NCBI GenBank assembly: GCA_963845085.1
Contig: CAWJQI010000001.1
Location: forward strand, 320,001 to 384,000
Origin: Candidatus Fermentibacterota bacterium
GTDB lineage: Bacteria > Fermentibacterota > Fermentibacteria > Fermentibacterales > JCC-6
Reading direction: 5' to 3'
Length of the DNA: 64,000 nucleotides
Below are positions 27,583 to 37,211 of the stretch, piece after piece. Within the stretch, counting starts at the first letter, position 1; each line of letters begins with the position of its first letter. A program made the position numbers and the translations under genes. The notes beneath the pieces are model-generated. The model was not told the DNA's origin. It saw only the letters and a list, made by a program, of their open reading frames with translations, and did not search any database.

Positions 27583-28607
27583 CGAGGTCTCTGATCGCAA
27601 AGAGTTGTTCTGCAACGGAGAAGCTCAAGGTACCTCTCCATCCAGTCCCTCTTCCATTCCAGCAGGCGTTCCGATTCGGCCCTGATGTCGACACCCTCCA
27701 TCATCGCGAGGAGATCGTCTTCCGGTCTGGCGGAGATGGACCTGAAACCCCATCCGGTGAGCCCCCTGGCGCTGTGCTGCACAAGTATGCCGGGTATCCC
27801 GAGTGAGGCGGCCATGCCGGAACCGTGAACCCTGGGGCCGATCACGAAATCACATGCATCGTAGATACCCTCGTAATCCTCGGCAAGCGCGCTGTACCTG
27901 ATGTCGGCTCCCGGAAATGCCTGCAGGGCGGCCGTGAAGTCAGTTGCCGTATGGCATATCACCCGGCACGACCCATGCCTCTCCATGATCTTGCGGTACT
28001 GTCCGACCAGCTGCGCATGTGTCGCCGGGCTCACGCTGTTGAACCTCTGAGTGCAGTTCTGGAAGACAAGACCCACCACTCCGGGGCCTGTTCTGAGCCT
28101 GTTCGATTTCGCGGCGAACAGGGCCGTGCAGGGCAGGAGCTTCGGACCGTAGGCCCCGAGAGCCAGCCCAGCGTTCTCGTCACGCACCGTCACGAGCTCA
28201 CAGGTGCTCCCCAGCACCCTGCGCAGCAGTTCATGCGAATCGCCGTCCACGCTGAACGCGCCCCCCGATCCCGCTCCCACCGCGAGAAAGGCGCACGGCA
28301 CCGAGTTCTCGAGGACGAAGCGGAACAGGGCTTCCATTCTTCCTCCGATCCGCCATTCCGGAGAACCCGCGATGATCATGTAATCAACGGCCCCCGGGTC
28401 ATCCAGATAGAAGGAATTGTCGGAATGCCAGCTCCTTCTGAAGAGGATCCTCTTCGGAAGCCTGTTGGGGGTTATCATCGGGTGCCTGTTGTAAAGAAGG
28501 CGGTTGTACGAAAGTCCCATTGCGTCCAGAAGGTTCAGGACACCATAAAGGATGATCTCGTCGCCAGGGTTGAACTGCCTGGTGGCAGAGAACAGAATGT
28601 TTTTCAG
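27579..28607 (-). CDS. Polysaccharide pyruvyl transferase family protein
   Basis: TVRDE and IGPRVHG motifs. The frame extends upstream of ATG 28520 to include the family NxGD motif (NPGDEII); CTG start at 28607 is inferred. Confidence 0.82.
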   Translation of the reverse strand: MKNILFSATRQFNPGDEIILYGVLNLLDAMGLSYNRLLYNRHPMITPNRLPKRILFRRSWHSDNSFYLDDPGAVDYMIIAGSPEWRIGGRMEALFRFVLENSVPCAFLAVGAGSGGAFSVDGDSHELLRRVLGSTCELVTVRDENAGLALGAYGPKLLPCTALFAAKSNRLRTGPGVVGLVFQNCTQRFNSVSPATHAQLVGQYRKIMERHGSCRVICHTATDFTAALQAFPGADIRYSALAEDYEGIYDACDFVIGPRVHGSGMAASLGIPGILVQHSARGLTGWGFRSISARPEDDLLAMMEGVDIRAESERLLEWKRDWMERYLELLRCRTTLCDQRPR

Positions 28608-29674
28608 AACCGATCCTCCAATGCTTCCGAAACGGCGTTCACCACTTCAGCGGGCCGGATGGAGTCCATCGTGCCGTCATTGGAAACCAGGCCGCGGAAA
28701 ACTGACCTGCACGGTTTCCAGAGAACAAGCTTCTCGTGCGAAATGTACATTGCGACAACGGGAACTCCAAGCGCGTCGGCTATATGGACCATTGCGGTGT
28801 CGGGCGTTACCAGAACGCTCATCCGTTTCATCACCGCGGCAACGTCGAGGATGTCCGGCGACGGTGCGGGAACCCTCACCCTGCCGTCCGGGAAAAGGTT
28901 TGCCAGCCTGTTCCCCCTGTCATCTCCCGGAGGGGCGAACAGGTACAGTGTCGACCCGGGAAAGCGTTCAAGAAGCAGTTTCAGGGTTTCCGCCCATCTC
29001 TCTGTGCTCCATTCCCTGCATGCGTCTCCGGCGGCGATGTTCACACCGATCGGAATGGCTGAGGGCGGGGTTCCCGAAATCACCCCAGCTGCCCGGGCAA
29101 GCCTTTCCTCTCCCGGGTAGACCGCCGGCGCAGTGTCACGCCCCGACAGGTCACCACCCAGATACTCGAAGACAGACAGAGTCTCCTCCTGCATAGTGCG
29201 CACCGCGCCACCCCAAATCCGGCGTCGGATGTTCACGTTGTAGAAATGGTCCAGTCCGTCTCCGGTGGCCACCCTGACCCGCACGGCCCTTCCGGGTGCG
29301 CCCAGCCTCGAGATGAGAGCTCCGGTGAATGAAGGGTAAAAGACAAGGTTGACGACGGCGTCGAACCTCTCGCGCCTGAGTTCCCGGATCAGCCCCGGCA
29401 GACCCAGCGGTTTCTTCTTCCGGAATACATGGACCCGTTCGACATTGGGGTCGTTACGGATAACGCCGCTGTTCGCGGGGGAGGCCAGCACATGTATCCT
29501 GATCCCGGGAAAGCTTTCCCTGACAAGGCGGAACAGGCCCGTGCTTATCACCATGTCGCCGAGTCTGTCGTAACGCAGAAAGAGAACCGACCCCGCAGTT
29601 GCAAGGTCGGCGCGGGGCATGGGCCTTGCGTTCACAAGAACACGAAGGATCCGGGCGAACAGCCCCTTCGACAC
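28604..29674 (-). CDS. GT9 glycosyltransferase (heptosyltransferase-like)
   Basis: LRYDRLGDMV, LRRERFDAVV, REW..E.W, VTPDTAMVHIADALGVPVV. Confidence 0.92.
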   Translation of the reverse strand: MSKGLFARILRVLVNARPMPRADLATAGSVLFLRYDRLGDMVISTGLFRLVRESFPGIRIHVLASPANSGVIRNDPNVERVHVFRKKKPLGLPGLIRELRRERFDAVVNLVFYPSFTGALISRLGAPGRAVRVRVATGDGLDHFYNVNIRRRIWGGAVRTMQEETLSVFEYLGGDLSGRDTAPAVYPGEERLARAAGVISGTPPSAIPIGVNIAAGDACREWSTERWAETLKLLLERFPGSTLYLFAPPGDDRGNRLANLFPDGRVRVPAPSPDILDVAAVMKRMSVLVTPDTAMVHIADALGVPVVAMYISHEKLVLWKPCRSVFRGLVSNDGTMDSIRPAEVVNAVSEALEDRF

Positions 29675-29700
29675 CTTTTCCAGCCCCTTGAGCGGTTTGC

Positions 29701-31872
29701 CTATGGGATCACCGTCATTCTGGCGGTACGGATTCCTGGTGGACCCGAGAGCCTGATGAAATACATCCCCGCCCTCAGCTCACCAGTCTCCAGAAGCAGG
29801 TTTGCGGTTCCCGGGGAAAGGCGGGGCGTAAGGTCCTGCACAAGCCTGCCCGCCAGGTCGAGGACCAGAAGCGAGACGCCCTCAACATCGCCCAAGGAAA
29901 CGGGAATACTGGCCGCGGCCCCTGCGGGGCTCGGTGTCACGATCCCGAGCATGAAGGGATCCGTGCCGACCGATGCGGCGGAATCATCTAAACCGACTCC
30001 TTCAACGTCTGCAAAAACGGCTTCGCCGGGCCACCCCGGGCCGAATGAATCATCCACCGCCCAGGCCCTGAACCAGTAGTCACCGGTTGGAAGTCCGCTG
30101 ACGGTATACTCGGAAGACTCGACCCCATCGGCCTGGATCTCGTTGGTCTCCCACACCTCGACCTTTATGTCATCGATGTAAAGCGCGCAGTTCGATGCGC
30201 TGCCGTAGCTTTCCCAGCGGAAGGAGAGGGTCTTGCCCTGCCATTCGTCGAGTTCGTGCCTGTTGAAGCGCCAGTTCATGTCGCTGCGGCCGAAGGTCTG
30301 CAGGTAGTACCAGTTCAGGCCGCCGTCCCAGCTCACGCTGAACGCGCCCTGGTAGTTTTCGGGGCTGATGTTCTGCATGCTCCAGAAACTGATGCGTCCA
30401 CCCCCGCCGGGGGGTATCGTGACGGTCTGCTGCCAGGTCAGGCTTCCGGTGCCGTTCGAACGGTGGCACTGGCTCGGGCTGTGGTACTGGGAACCTGTTA
30501 CGATCCAGTTGACTCTGTCGAATGGCCCACCGTCGCCGGGGTCATCAAGCGGCGTCTGCAAGCCCGAGAGCCGCTGAAGGGCGTACGATGATGCTCCCGC
30601 TGCGTCGCTCCAGTCAACGGTGAAACTTCCCGACACAGTGCCGATCTCATCGATGACGGGAACGCCGGGTTCGGCGGGGTCATACGGGCGGCCGGCGAGA
30701 CAGGCCGTCACAAGGTAGCTTCTGAGGTTCCTCCGGGACAGCTTTACCACCTCCGTTGCGGACGGCCAGAAGCCGGCAAAGGAGGCTCCGGTCTCGTGAT
30801 TCCAGCTCATCGCACCGTACAGGCCGTAGGAGTGGTCCCTTGTGTTGCCCGATGCGTAGTAGAACTGCACGGACGGGTAATGGTCCTCACCCGTACCCCA
30901 GAGTGACATCATCTCGCCCTGTGTCGTGTACTGGGCGGCATGTGTCGTGGGCTCGTCGATCCAGCCCCATGGGTAAATGAGGGCGTTGGCATAGGCGTGG
31001 GTCGAGTGCATCTGGGCGGGGGGATGAAGCTGCCAGAAGGCGTCAATGTTGGCCGCCTCGGGCTCGCTGAGGGGACCGGTGCCCCTGTAGGTCTCGCTCG
31101 ACGGGTCTCCGCTCGAGCCGGCGCCACCCCAGCCCACCGACCAGTTCCTGTTCAGGTCGATCCCCGATCCCCCTGCGGACAGGTTCCTGTTTTTCCTGTG
31201 CATGCCTCCGCCGCCGGGATACATGGTCTGGTTGTAAACCCACCCATCGATGTTGTTCACCGGCAGAAGCCATATCTCCCTGTTGGCGAGGATCCAGTCG
31301 GCCTGGTATCCGCAGTAGCCGTTTCGACCGTGGTTCGAGCACAGCCACATCATCCAGTACCGTATGTTGCGAAGGCTTGCACCCTCGCGGGAGTGGATCA
31401 GGCCGTCGTACCAGGCGTTGGGCATGGCCGGATCGTCGGCGCTGAACGAGCTGTTCTCCGATATCTTCATGACAAGCTGCGGGCGGCCCTCATAGGTGTT
31501 GCCGATGGAGGTCGGTGCGCTGGTGATGTCGGGGTTGGCCGTGTGGAGCGAATCCATCCAGGCCTGGACCTCGGTCCAGGTCAGAAAACCTCCCATACTC
31601 ACAGGCTCCCTGTAACTCGATGAGTAAAGCCCCTCGAGGTCGGGAACCAGGCAGACCGCCAGCAGCCCGCTCTCCAACAGCAGCTCCCTCTCTGCCCCGG
31701 CGGCGACGAAATCGCATGACCCGTCCGGGTACACGACCAGCGCATCAAACCCGAGGTTTCCAAAACGCGCGATGTCTTCGCCGGACAGCGGAGTGAAATG
31801 CATGAGCGACCAGGTGTCGGAGTGCGCGGGGCAGGCAAGTGCAACGACCAAGGTGATCAGAGTTATGCGCAC
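29701..31872 (-). CDS. Secreted M14 zinc carboxypeptidase with T9SS type A-like C-terminal domain
   Basis: HSRE, RKNR, DLNRNW, SEPE, THAY and HETG motifs; tail DLAGRLV..L...LRAGMYFIRL. Confidence 0.92.
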   Translation of the reverse strand: MRITLITLVVALACPAHSDTWSLMHFTPLSGEDIARFGNLGFDALVVYPDGSCDFVAAGAERELLLESGLLAVCLVPDLEGLYSSSYREPVSMGGFLTWTEVQAWMDSLHTANPDITSAPTSIGNTYEGRPQLVMKISENSSFSADDPAMPNAWYDGLIHSREGASLRNIRYWMMWLCSNHGRNGYCGYQADWILANREIWLLPVNNIDGWVYNQTMYPGGGGMHRKNRNLSAGGSGIDLNRNWSVGWGGAGSSGDPSSETYRGTGPLSEPEAANIDAFWQLHPPAQMHSTHAYANALIYPWGWIDEPTTHAAQYTTQGEMMSLWGTGEDHYPSVQFYYASGNTRDHSYGLYGAMSWNHETGASFAGFWPSATEVVKLSRRNLRSYLVTACLAGRPYDPAEPGVPVIDEIGTVSGSFTVDWSDAAGASSYALQRLSGLQTPLDDPGDGGPFDRVNWIVTGSQYHSPSQCHRSNGTGSLTWQQTVTIPPGGGGRISFWSMQNISPENYQGAFSVSWDGGLNWYYLQTFGRSDMNWRFNRHELDEWQGKTLSFRWESYGSASNCALYIDDIKVEVWETNEIQADGVESSEYTVSGLPTGDYWFRAWAVDDSFGPGWPGEAVFADVEGVGLDDSAASVGTDPFMLGIVTPSPAGAAASIPVSLGDVEGVSLLVLDLAGRLVQDLTPRLSPGTANLLLETGELRAGMYFIRLSGPPGIRTARMTVIP

Positions 31873-31989
31873 CCGGGGCCTCCTGTTTCAATGGAAGTTT
31901 CCGGGGCAAATATAGAAACGTGGGGCATGGGTGTCAGGAATTTTGTATCTTTAAAAAAGTTGAGAACAGACAGAATTCCGGAGGTCTCC

Positions 31990-34011
31990 ATGCAAAGCTT
32001 TTACGAACAGGTACGAAGGGGCATCCCCGATGCAATACCGGCGATGCCCCCCCCAATACCCGGGGCCAACCATGCACCGGCCAGACCGGGCAGCCTCACG
32101 CACGCAGAGAGGGAGCTTGCCCTCTCGAACGCCCTCAGGTACTTCCCATCGGAGTGGCATCCTGCGCTTGCGCCGGAGTTCGCCGCCGAGTTGCGCAGCG
32201 ACGGCAGGATAATCATGCGCCGCTTCCGTCCCCCGTACGAAATGAGGGCCCGGCCCCTTGCGGAATACCCGTGTCGGACCAAGCAGGCGGCGGCCATCAT
32301 GCTGATGATCCAGAACAACCTCGACCCCAGGGTCGCACAGCACCCCGAGGAGCTGGTGACTTACGGCGGGAACGGGAACGTGTTCCAGAACTGGGCCCAG
32401 TACCTGTTGACGATGAGGTACCTTTCGGAAATGACGCAGGAGCAGACGCTCGTCATCTACTCCGGCCACCCGCTCGGGCTGTTCCCGAGCCACCCCGATG
32501 CCCCCAGGGTGGTGGTGACCAACGGCATGGTCATTCCCAACCATTCCAGCCAGGACGACTACAACCGGTTGGCCGCCCTGGGTGTTACGAACTATGGCCA
32601 GATGACAGCGGGCAGCTTCATGTACATCGGCCCCCAGGGCATCGTGCACGGAACCACGATCACGCTGCTGAACGCAGCCAGGATGTTCCTTGCCGGGGAT
32701 GGAACCCTTGCGGGAAGGTTGTTCGTCACGAGCGGCCTCGGCGGGATGAGCGGTGCGCAGGCCAAGGCAGCCGTTATCGCGGGGGCGATAGGCGTTGTGG
32801 CCGAGATCAATCCCAAACCCCTGAAGACCAGACACGAGCAGGGCTGGCTCCAGGAGGTCGAGGATGACCTCGGCCGCCTCCTCATCCGGATCGACCGCGC
32901 AAGGAAGGAAAAGAAGCCGCTCAGCATCGGATACCTTGGCAATGTCGTCGACCTCTGGGAAAGGCTTTCCGCCGAGGGTTTTCCCGTGGACCTCGGCAGC
33001 GATCAGACCAGCCTTCACAACCCCTTCATGGGCGGCTACTACCCGGTCGGGCTGACTCTCGAGCAGAGCAACGCCATGATGGTGCATGATGCGGCTGGTT
33101 TCAAAGGCTGCGTGCAGGAATCCCTCCGGCGGCAGGTGAAGGCCATAAACACCCTCCACCGGGGAGGCATGTACTTCTGGGACTACGGGAACGCCTTCCT
33201 GCTCGAGGCCGGAAGGGCCGGGGCCGAGGGAATTCTAAAACCGGACGGCTCCTTCAGCTACCCGTCGTATGTCGAGGACATCATGGGGCCGGTCTGCTTC
33301 GATTACGGTTTCGGCCCCTTCCGCTGGGTCTGCACCTCTGGAAGCCCCGGTGACCTTGAAGCCACCGACCGAATCGCGGGCGACGTCATCGAGTGCATGG
33401 CGGGGCAAGCCACTGACCAGAACCGCCGTCAGCTGCTCGACAACCTGCACTGGATCAGACAGGCGGGGGAGAACCGGCTCGTTGTGGGAAGCCAGGCGCG
33501 CATCCTCTATGCCGACTGGAAGGGGCGGATCGAGCTTGCGCTTGCCTTCAACAGCGCCATAGCCGAGGGGGTCATATCGGCCCCGGTCGTGCTCGGCCGC
33601 GATCACCACGATGTGTCCGGAACCGACAGCCCCTACCGTGAAACCGCAAACATCCGTGACGGCTCGATGTTCACCGCTGACATGGCGGTTCACAACGTCA
33701 TCGGTGACTCCTTCAGGGGGGCGACCTGGGTGAGTCTTCACAACGGCGGAGGAGTTGGCTGGGGAGAGGTGATCAACGGAGGGTTCGGGCTCCTTCTCGA
33801 CGGCAGCCCGGACGCGGCGCGCAGGGCTCGGTCGATGCTCAGCTGGGATGTTGGAAACGGCCTGGCCAGAAGAAGCTGGGCAAGGAACCCCGGGGCGGTC
33901 TGGGCCGTCGGGCAGGCCATGAAGGCGGAACCCCTGATGAAGGTAACCATGCCCGTGGTGGCCGACGATAAGATCGTTGCCGAAGCGGTTCGTAAAGCCT
34001 TCGAGGCCTGA
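31990..34011 (+). CDS. hutU: Urocanate hydratase (long form)
   Basis: NNLDP.VA, TYGGNG, YGQMTAGS, IGPQGIVHGT, GLGGMSGAQ, GPFRWVC, GRDH.D, HNGGGVGWG; GGAGG RBS. Confidence 0.97.
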   Translation: MQSFYEQVRRGIPDAIPAMPPPIPGANHAPARPGSLTHAERELALSNALRYFPSEWHPALAPEFAAELRSDGRIIMRRFRPPYEMRARPLAEYPCRTKQAAAIMLMIQNNLDPRVAQHPEELVTYGGNGNVFQNWAQYLLTMRYLSEMTQEQTLVIYSGHPLGLFPSHPDAPRVVVTNGMVIPNHSSQDDYNRLAALGVTNYGQMTAGSFMYIGPQGIVHGTTITLLNAARMFLAGDGTLAGRLFVTSGLGGMSGAQAKAAVIAGAIGVVAEINPKPLKTRHEQGWLQEVEDDLGRLLIRIDRARKEKKPLSIGYLGNVVDLWERLSAEGFPVDLGSDQTSLHNPFMGGYYPVGLTLEQSNAMMVHDAAGFKGCVQESLRRQVKAINTLHRGGMYFWDYGNAFLLEAGRAGAEGILKPDGSFSYPSYVEDIMGPVCFDYGFGPFRWVCTSGSPGDLEATDRIAGDVIECMAGQATDQNRRQLLDNLHWIRQAGENRLVVGSQARILYADWKGRIELALAFNSAIAEGVISAPVVLGRDHHDVSGTDSPYRETANIRDGSMFTADMAVHNVIGDSFRGATWVSLHNGGGVGWGEVINGGFGLLLDGSPDAARRARSMLSWDVGNGLARRSWARNPGAVWAVGQAMKAEPLMKVTMPVVADDKIVAEAVRKAFEA

Positions 34012-34099
34012 AGTGAAACCCGCAGTGCGAAGTGATCGCAATTCGTTGCAGCGAATTATCTTGCCGCAGCAATCTAATCTATCTAAGTCCGTCCCCGAG

Positions 34100-34705
34100 G
34101 TGGTGCTGTTCGATGTGGACGGAACGCTGCTTGATTACGGCAGGGCGCAGGCGGAAGCGGTTGGGAACGACCCTGAAGCCCTTAGGCTGGTGAACTCCCC
34201 CGAGGTTCAATCGTACGAGGCCAGGGGTGTTCCAGAACCGGCGGGCGAACTGAAAGCCTTCCTCGAAGGATACTACGAACGGCTTTCCGCGCAGGGGGCG
34301 GTCATTCCCGGCGCACTGGAAACACTGCGCGTGCTTTCAGGCAGGGTCAGGATGGCGGTCGTGTCGAACGGCCCGGGGTGGGTTCAGGATGCAAGACTGG
34401 CAGCCGGGGGAATTATTGATTACTTTCAGGTCAGGGTGTACAGCCGGGATGAGGGGGTGGCCAAGCCCGATCCGGCGATTCTTGGGATCGCGCTCGACAG
34501 GCTTGGCGCAGCTCCGGAACAGGCGGTCTTCGTGGGTGACAGCCCCGGGAACGACATGAGGGCTGCGGAAGCGGCAGGGGTCGATTTCGTGTGGTTCCGC
34601 CCGGACGGAGTATTCGGCTCGCCCGGAAAACGTATCGCTGAAATTTCTGAACTGGTTCAACTACCGGGTGTCCTTGCCCGGAAAAACGGAGAGGGAAAAC
34701 AATGA
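34100..34705 (+). CDS. HAD-superfamily hydrolase
   Basis: FDVDGTL, VVSNG, KPDP, VGDS..ND; start uncertain. Confidence 0.88.
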   Translation: MVLFDVDGTLLDYGRAQAEAVGNDPEALRLVNSPEVQSYEARGVPEPAGELKAFLEGYYERLSAQGAVIPGALETLRVLSGRVRMAVVSNGPGWVQDARLAAGGIIDYFQVRVYSRDEGVAKPDPAILGIALDRLGAAPEQAVFVGDSPGNDMRAAEAAGVDFVWFRPDGVFGSPGKRIAEISELVQLPGVLARKNGEGKQ

Positions 34706-35185
34706 AGTACCTTGTTCTTGCTCTGGTGCTCACCGCAGTGTCGTTCGGAAGCATCAGCCATGGCCCGCAGGTGGGTATATGGCTCCCCACCGGTGACATG
34801 GGCGATGTCTACAACACCAGCTTCGGCATCGGTTACCAGCTTCTCTACCACATGCCCGTCGTGGCCATCGAGGGTTCCATCGGCTACGTGTTCATGTCCT
34901 ACTGAGTTTGAAAACGTCGACGCCCACCTCATCCCCATCACCGCCGGCATCCGCAGCTACAGCGGCTCGCTCTACGCGGCAGGCGGTCTCGAGTATGACA
35001 ACATGAGCACAACGGTCGAGATCGGCGGGGTCGAGACCAGCGACTCCGAAGGCGAGATCGGCGGCTACATCGGCGCGGGCATGGTGAACAGGATGGGCTT
35101 CGGCAAGCTCGACCTCAGCGCCAGGGCCCACTGGATGGATTTCGATGATTTCATGATCAGCATCGGCGGCGGAATCAACTTCTAG
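34702..35185 (+). pseudogene. Small outer-membrane beta-barrel protein, frameshifted near 34899
   Basis: Signal peptide MKYLVLALVL... in 34702-34905 joins the 34712-35185 frame (TEFENV...GGGINF, terminal Phe) if one base in ATGTCCTACT is removed. Confidence 0.75.
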
Positions 35186-35202
35186 GCCGTCAGGATGAAT
35201 GT

Positions 35203-35235
35203 GAGGGGGCGGGCTTCGGTCCGCCCCTTCTTCAT
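35203..35235 (+). terminator. Rho-independent terminator
   Basis: GGGGCGGGC-TTCG-GTCCGCCCC hairpin followed by TTCTTCATT. Confidence 0.8.
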
Positions 35236-35273
35236 TCCAACTGGTAAGCAATTCAACGTAATGAACAGAAATG

Positions 35274-35561
35274 CTACGTTTTGGGCAGCTCACACAATTC
35301 CAGAGTGCCGCCATTTCTCAGAACCGGGTGTTCATTCAGAAGGTTTAAAAGCTCTTCAACATCTCGAGACTCAAAACGCATGTATCCGGAAACACTCTTT
35401 GTCGTATCAGATACTTCCTTGCTGCCAAGCTGGATGCGTTTTCCGATCTCGCTGCCACCCTGGAACAGACCGCTGCTCCTTGCCAGCGCAAGGAATCTGT
35501 CCCAGTCCTCTTCTTTTGTCATTGTATCCGTGTTATCATGGATAAATAGAATATATTCCAT
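35274..35561 (-). CDS. YciI-like small protein
   Basis: MEYILFIH...W..F...GG.....GY.......HP....GG.LEL.EL pattern; AAGGAGG RBS. Confidence 0.65.
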   Translation of the reverse strand: MEYILFIHDNTDTMTKEEDWDRFLALARSSGLFQGGSEIGKRIQLGSKEVSDTTKSVSGYMRFESRDVEELLNLLNEHPVLRNGGTLELCELPKT

Positions 35562-35663
35562 TGTTGTCCCCTCCTTTGAGCATCCCTTCATAGTCATTGG
35601 GCTGCAGTCTTTTCCCCTGGTTATTGCGCGGTCCTCCTGCGAGGGCAATCGGCTCTCAAGTCC

Positions 35664-35942
35664 CTATGGTCTGGCTTCAGGCAGAAGACTGACCTTGAAA
35701 ACCACATTGCCGTTGTCCGGACATGCCATGCCTGTTTTGCACAAGGGATCCTTTTCGTAGCCGAACCGTGCACCCGATCCCAGGGCAACGAGAATTGGGA
35801 AGAGGGTCGTATACGCTCCTCCACAGAACCCGTCAGGTGTATCCAGTCCGTTGAAGATGAACTTGTCTCCGGGCTGGTAAGAATGCGAACACCTTCCCGA
35901 CACACGCTCAACCTCGACTTCGTATCTTTTCATTTCCGCCAT
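35664..35942 (-). CDS. TIGR04076 family protein
   Basis: V..V.G.C...Y.PGDKF, FC..AY..LFP and CPD..NVVF three-Cys pattern. Confidence 0.85.
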   Translation of the reverse strand: MAEMKRYEVEVERVSGRCSHSYQPGDKFIFNGLDTPDGFCGGAYTTLFPILVALGSGARFGYEKDPLCKTGMACPDNGNVVFKVSLLPEARP

Positions 35943-36196
35943 AGAACTATCTGATGGTGTTAAGTCATCCCCGATATGGATCTGCGCTGCTTTTTCAAGA
36001 ATGCCGGTGGTTTATAACAATGAACACTACCTATCAGCAATTTCCCTGAGAATACGGGTGTTCAACTTCCCTGTCCTGAAACCCTGGTGGTAAGCATTGC
36101 CATACTGATTGCGGACTTCGAGAAGCTTCAAATCGAGGTCATCAAGCCAGTTGTTCATATCGTTCGCTCACTTCAAACGCATCCGGGCAGCAGACT

Positions 36197-36644
36197 TCAC
36201 AGACCTTGGTTCTCATGCTGTTCTGCCGTATCCAATGGTTCGGTCAAATATCGCTCAACGAATTCGGCTGGTCCAAGAATCTCAATTCCAGCATATCCAT
36301 TGACATCAAGAAGGTGTTTGTCACCCGATACGATTGTTTTCGTGGTTCCACCAAGTGCAGCTGTGAGAAACTTGTCATCGTCGGGGTCGGCACAAACCTG
36401 ATTATTTATAACAACCGGCTCGACAATCCTGCATCCTGCAGTCACTATCGAAAGAATACCGGATGCTTCTACAGAGGGGAATTTGGCGGAAAGCCTTTCA
36501 AGAACATCAGAATACTCTTTGAGAATCTCAGCGGACAGGATTATCTCCAGTCTGCCGGTTCTCCAAGCGTCGAGAACAGCACCAGGTTTACCCTTGAAGA
36601 AGACGGCTGAGATGACAGACATTCGTGTCAATTACGACCCGCAT
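36197..36644 (-). pseudogene. PIN-family putative toxin, frameshifted at codon 10
   Basis: ATG 36644 gives MRVVIDTNV, then an extra base at 36617, then VISAVFF...ILKEY...CADPDDDKFL..A.....IVSGDKHLL. Confidence 0.85.
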
Positions 36645-36910
36645 TTTTTCGATCGCACTTCAGCTATCGCCTTCTCAACATCTTCAGGTGTCATCCCTGC
36701 TTCATAGGCTGCTTCCTGTGCCTTGAGAATCATCTCTTCGAACTCGGTTGGAGAGGGAGGGGAAACTGTTTTCAGAACTACAACATCACCCTCACCAAAG
36801 ACAACGAACCTCGTTCCCGCCTTCAGATGAAGTGCATCCCTTATCTCCTCGGGGATTACTATCTGGCCTCTGGATGACATTTTCGTTGTAGCTACCGTGT
36901 TCATGGGCAT
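36632..36910 (-). CDS. AbrB/MazE/SpoVT-family antitoxin
   Basis: TKMSSRGQIVIPEEIRDALHLKAG; overlaps the PIN gene start. Confidence 0.9.
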   Translation of the reverse strand: MPMNTVATTKMSSRGQIVIPEEIRDALHLKAGTRFVVFGEGDVVVLKTVSPPSPTEFEEMILKAQEAAYEAGMTPEDVEKAIAEVRSKKCGS

Positions 36911-36933
36911 TCCAATCTATTCTCACGCCTTTC

Positions 36934-36979
36934 ATCTTACCAGTAAGATTATATCAACCCGTGATTGAGAGGTCAATCA
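36934..36979 (-). promoter_or_regulatory. TA operon promoter with two palindromic operators
   Basis: Minus strand TTGACC-N17-TATAAT (36976-36948); palindromes ATCTTAC-N2-GTAAGAT (36934-36949) and TGATTGA-N4-TCAATCA (36962-36979). Confidence 0.85.
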
Positions 36980-37211
36980 TGAGAGAGGGAACACTTCGAA
37001 TGAGCCGATTCATCTCGCCTCCCTGACGAGAAACAGGGACAGCCAGTTTAATCTCGGTGTTGAACTGCTTTGATAACCATCGGGGGTGAACTCAACCGGT
37101 AGCGTTTCTTTCCGGATTGACACCGAATTGGCAACGAAACTTGCCGGTTTGGGTGTGAAAGTTTTCCGCACTTCGCCCTGGTGTGTGAGATCTGCTTCAG
37201 TGATGAAACGC

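Noticed and set aside
35236..36260. Integron cassette array
   Set aside because: No convincing attC with paired RYYYAAC/GTTRRRY ends and no integrase.
37128..37146. Sigma54 promoter TGGCAACGAAACTTGC
   Set aside because: GG to GC spacing is 11 nt rather than the required 10; it is simply a short palindrome.
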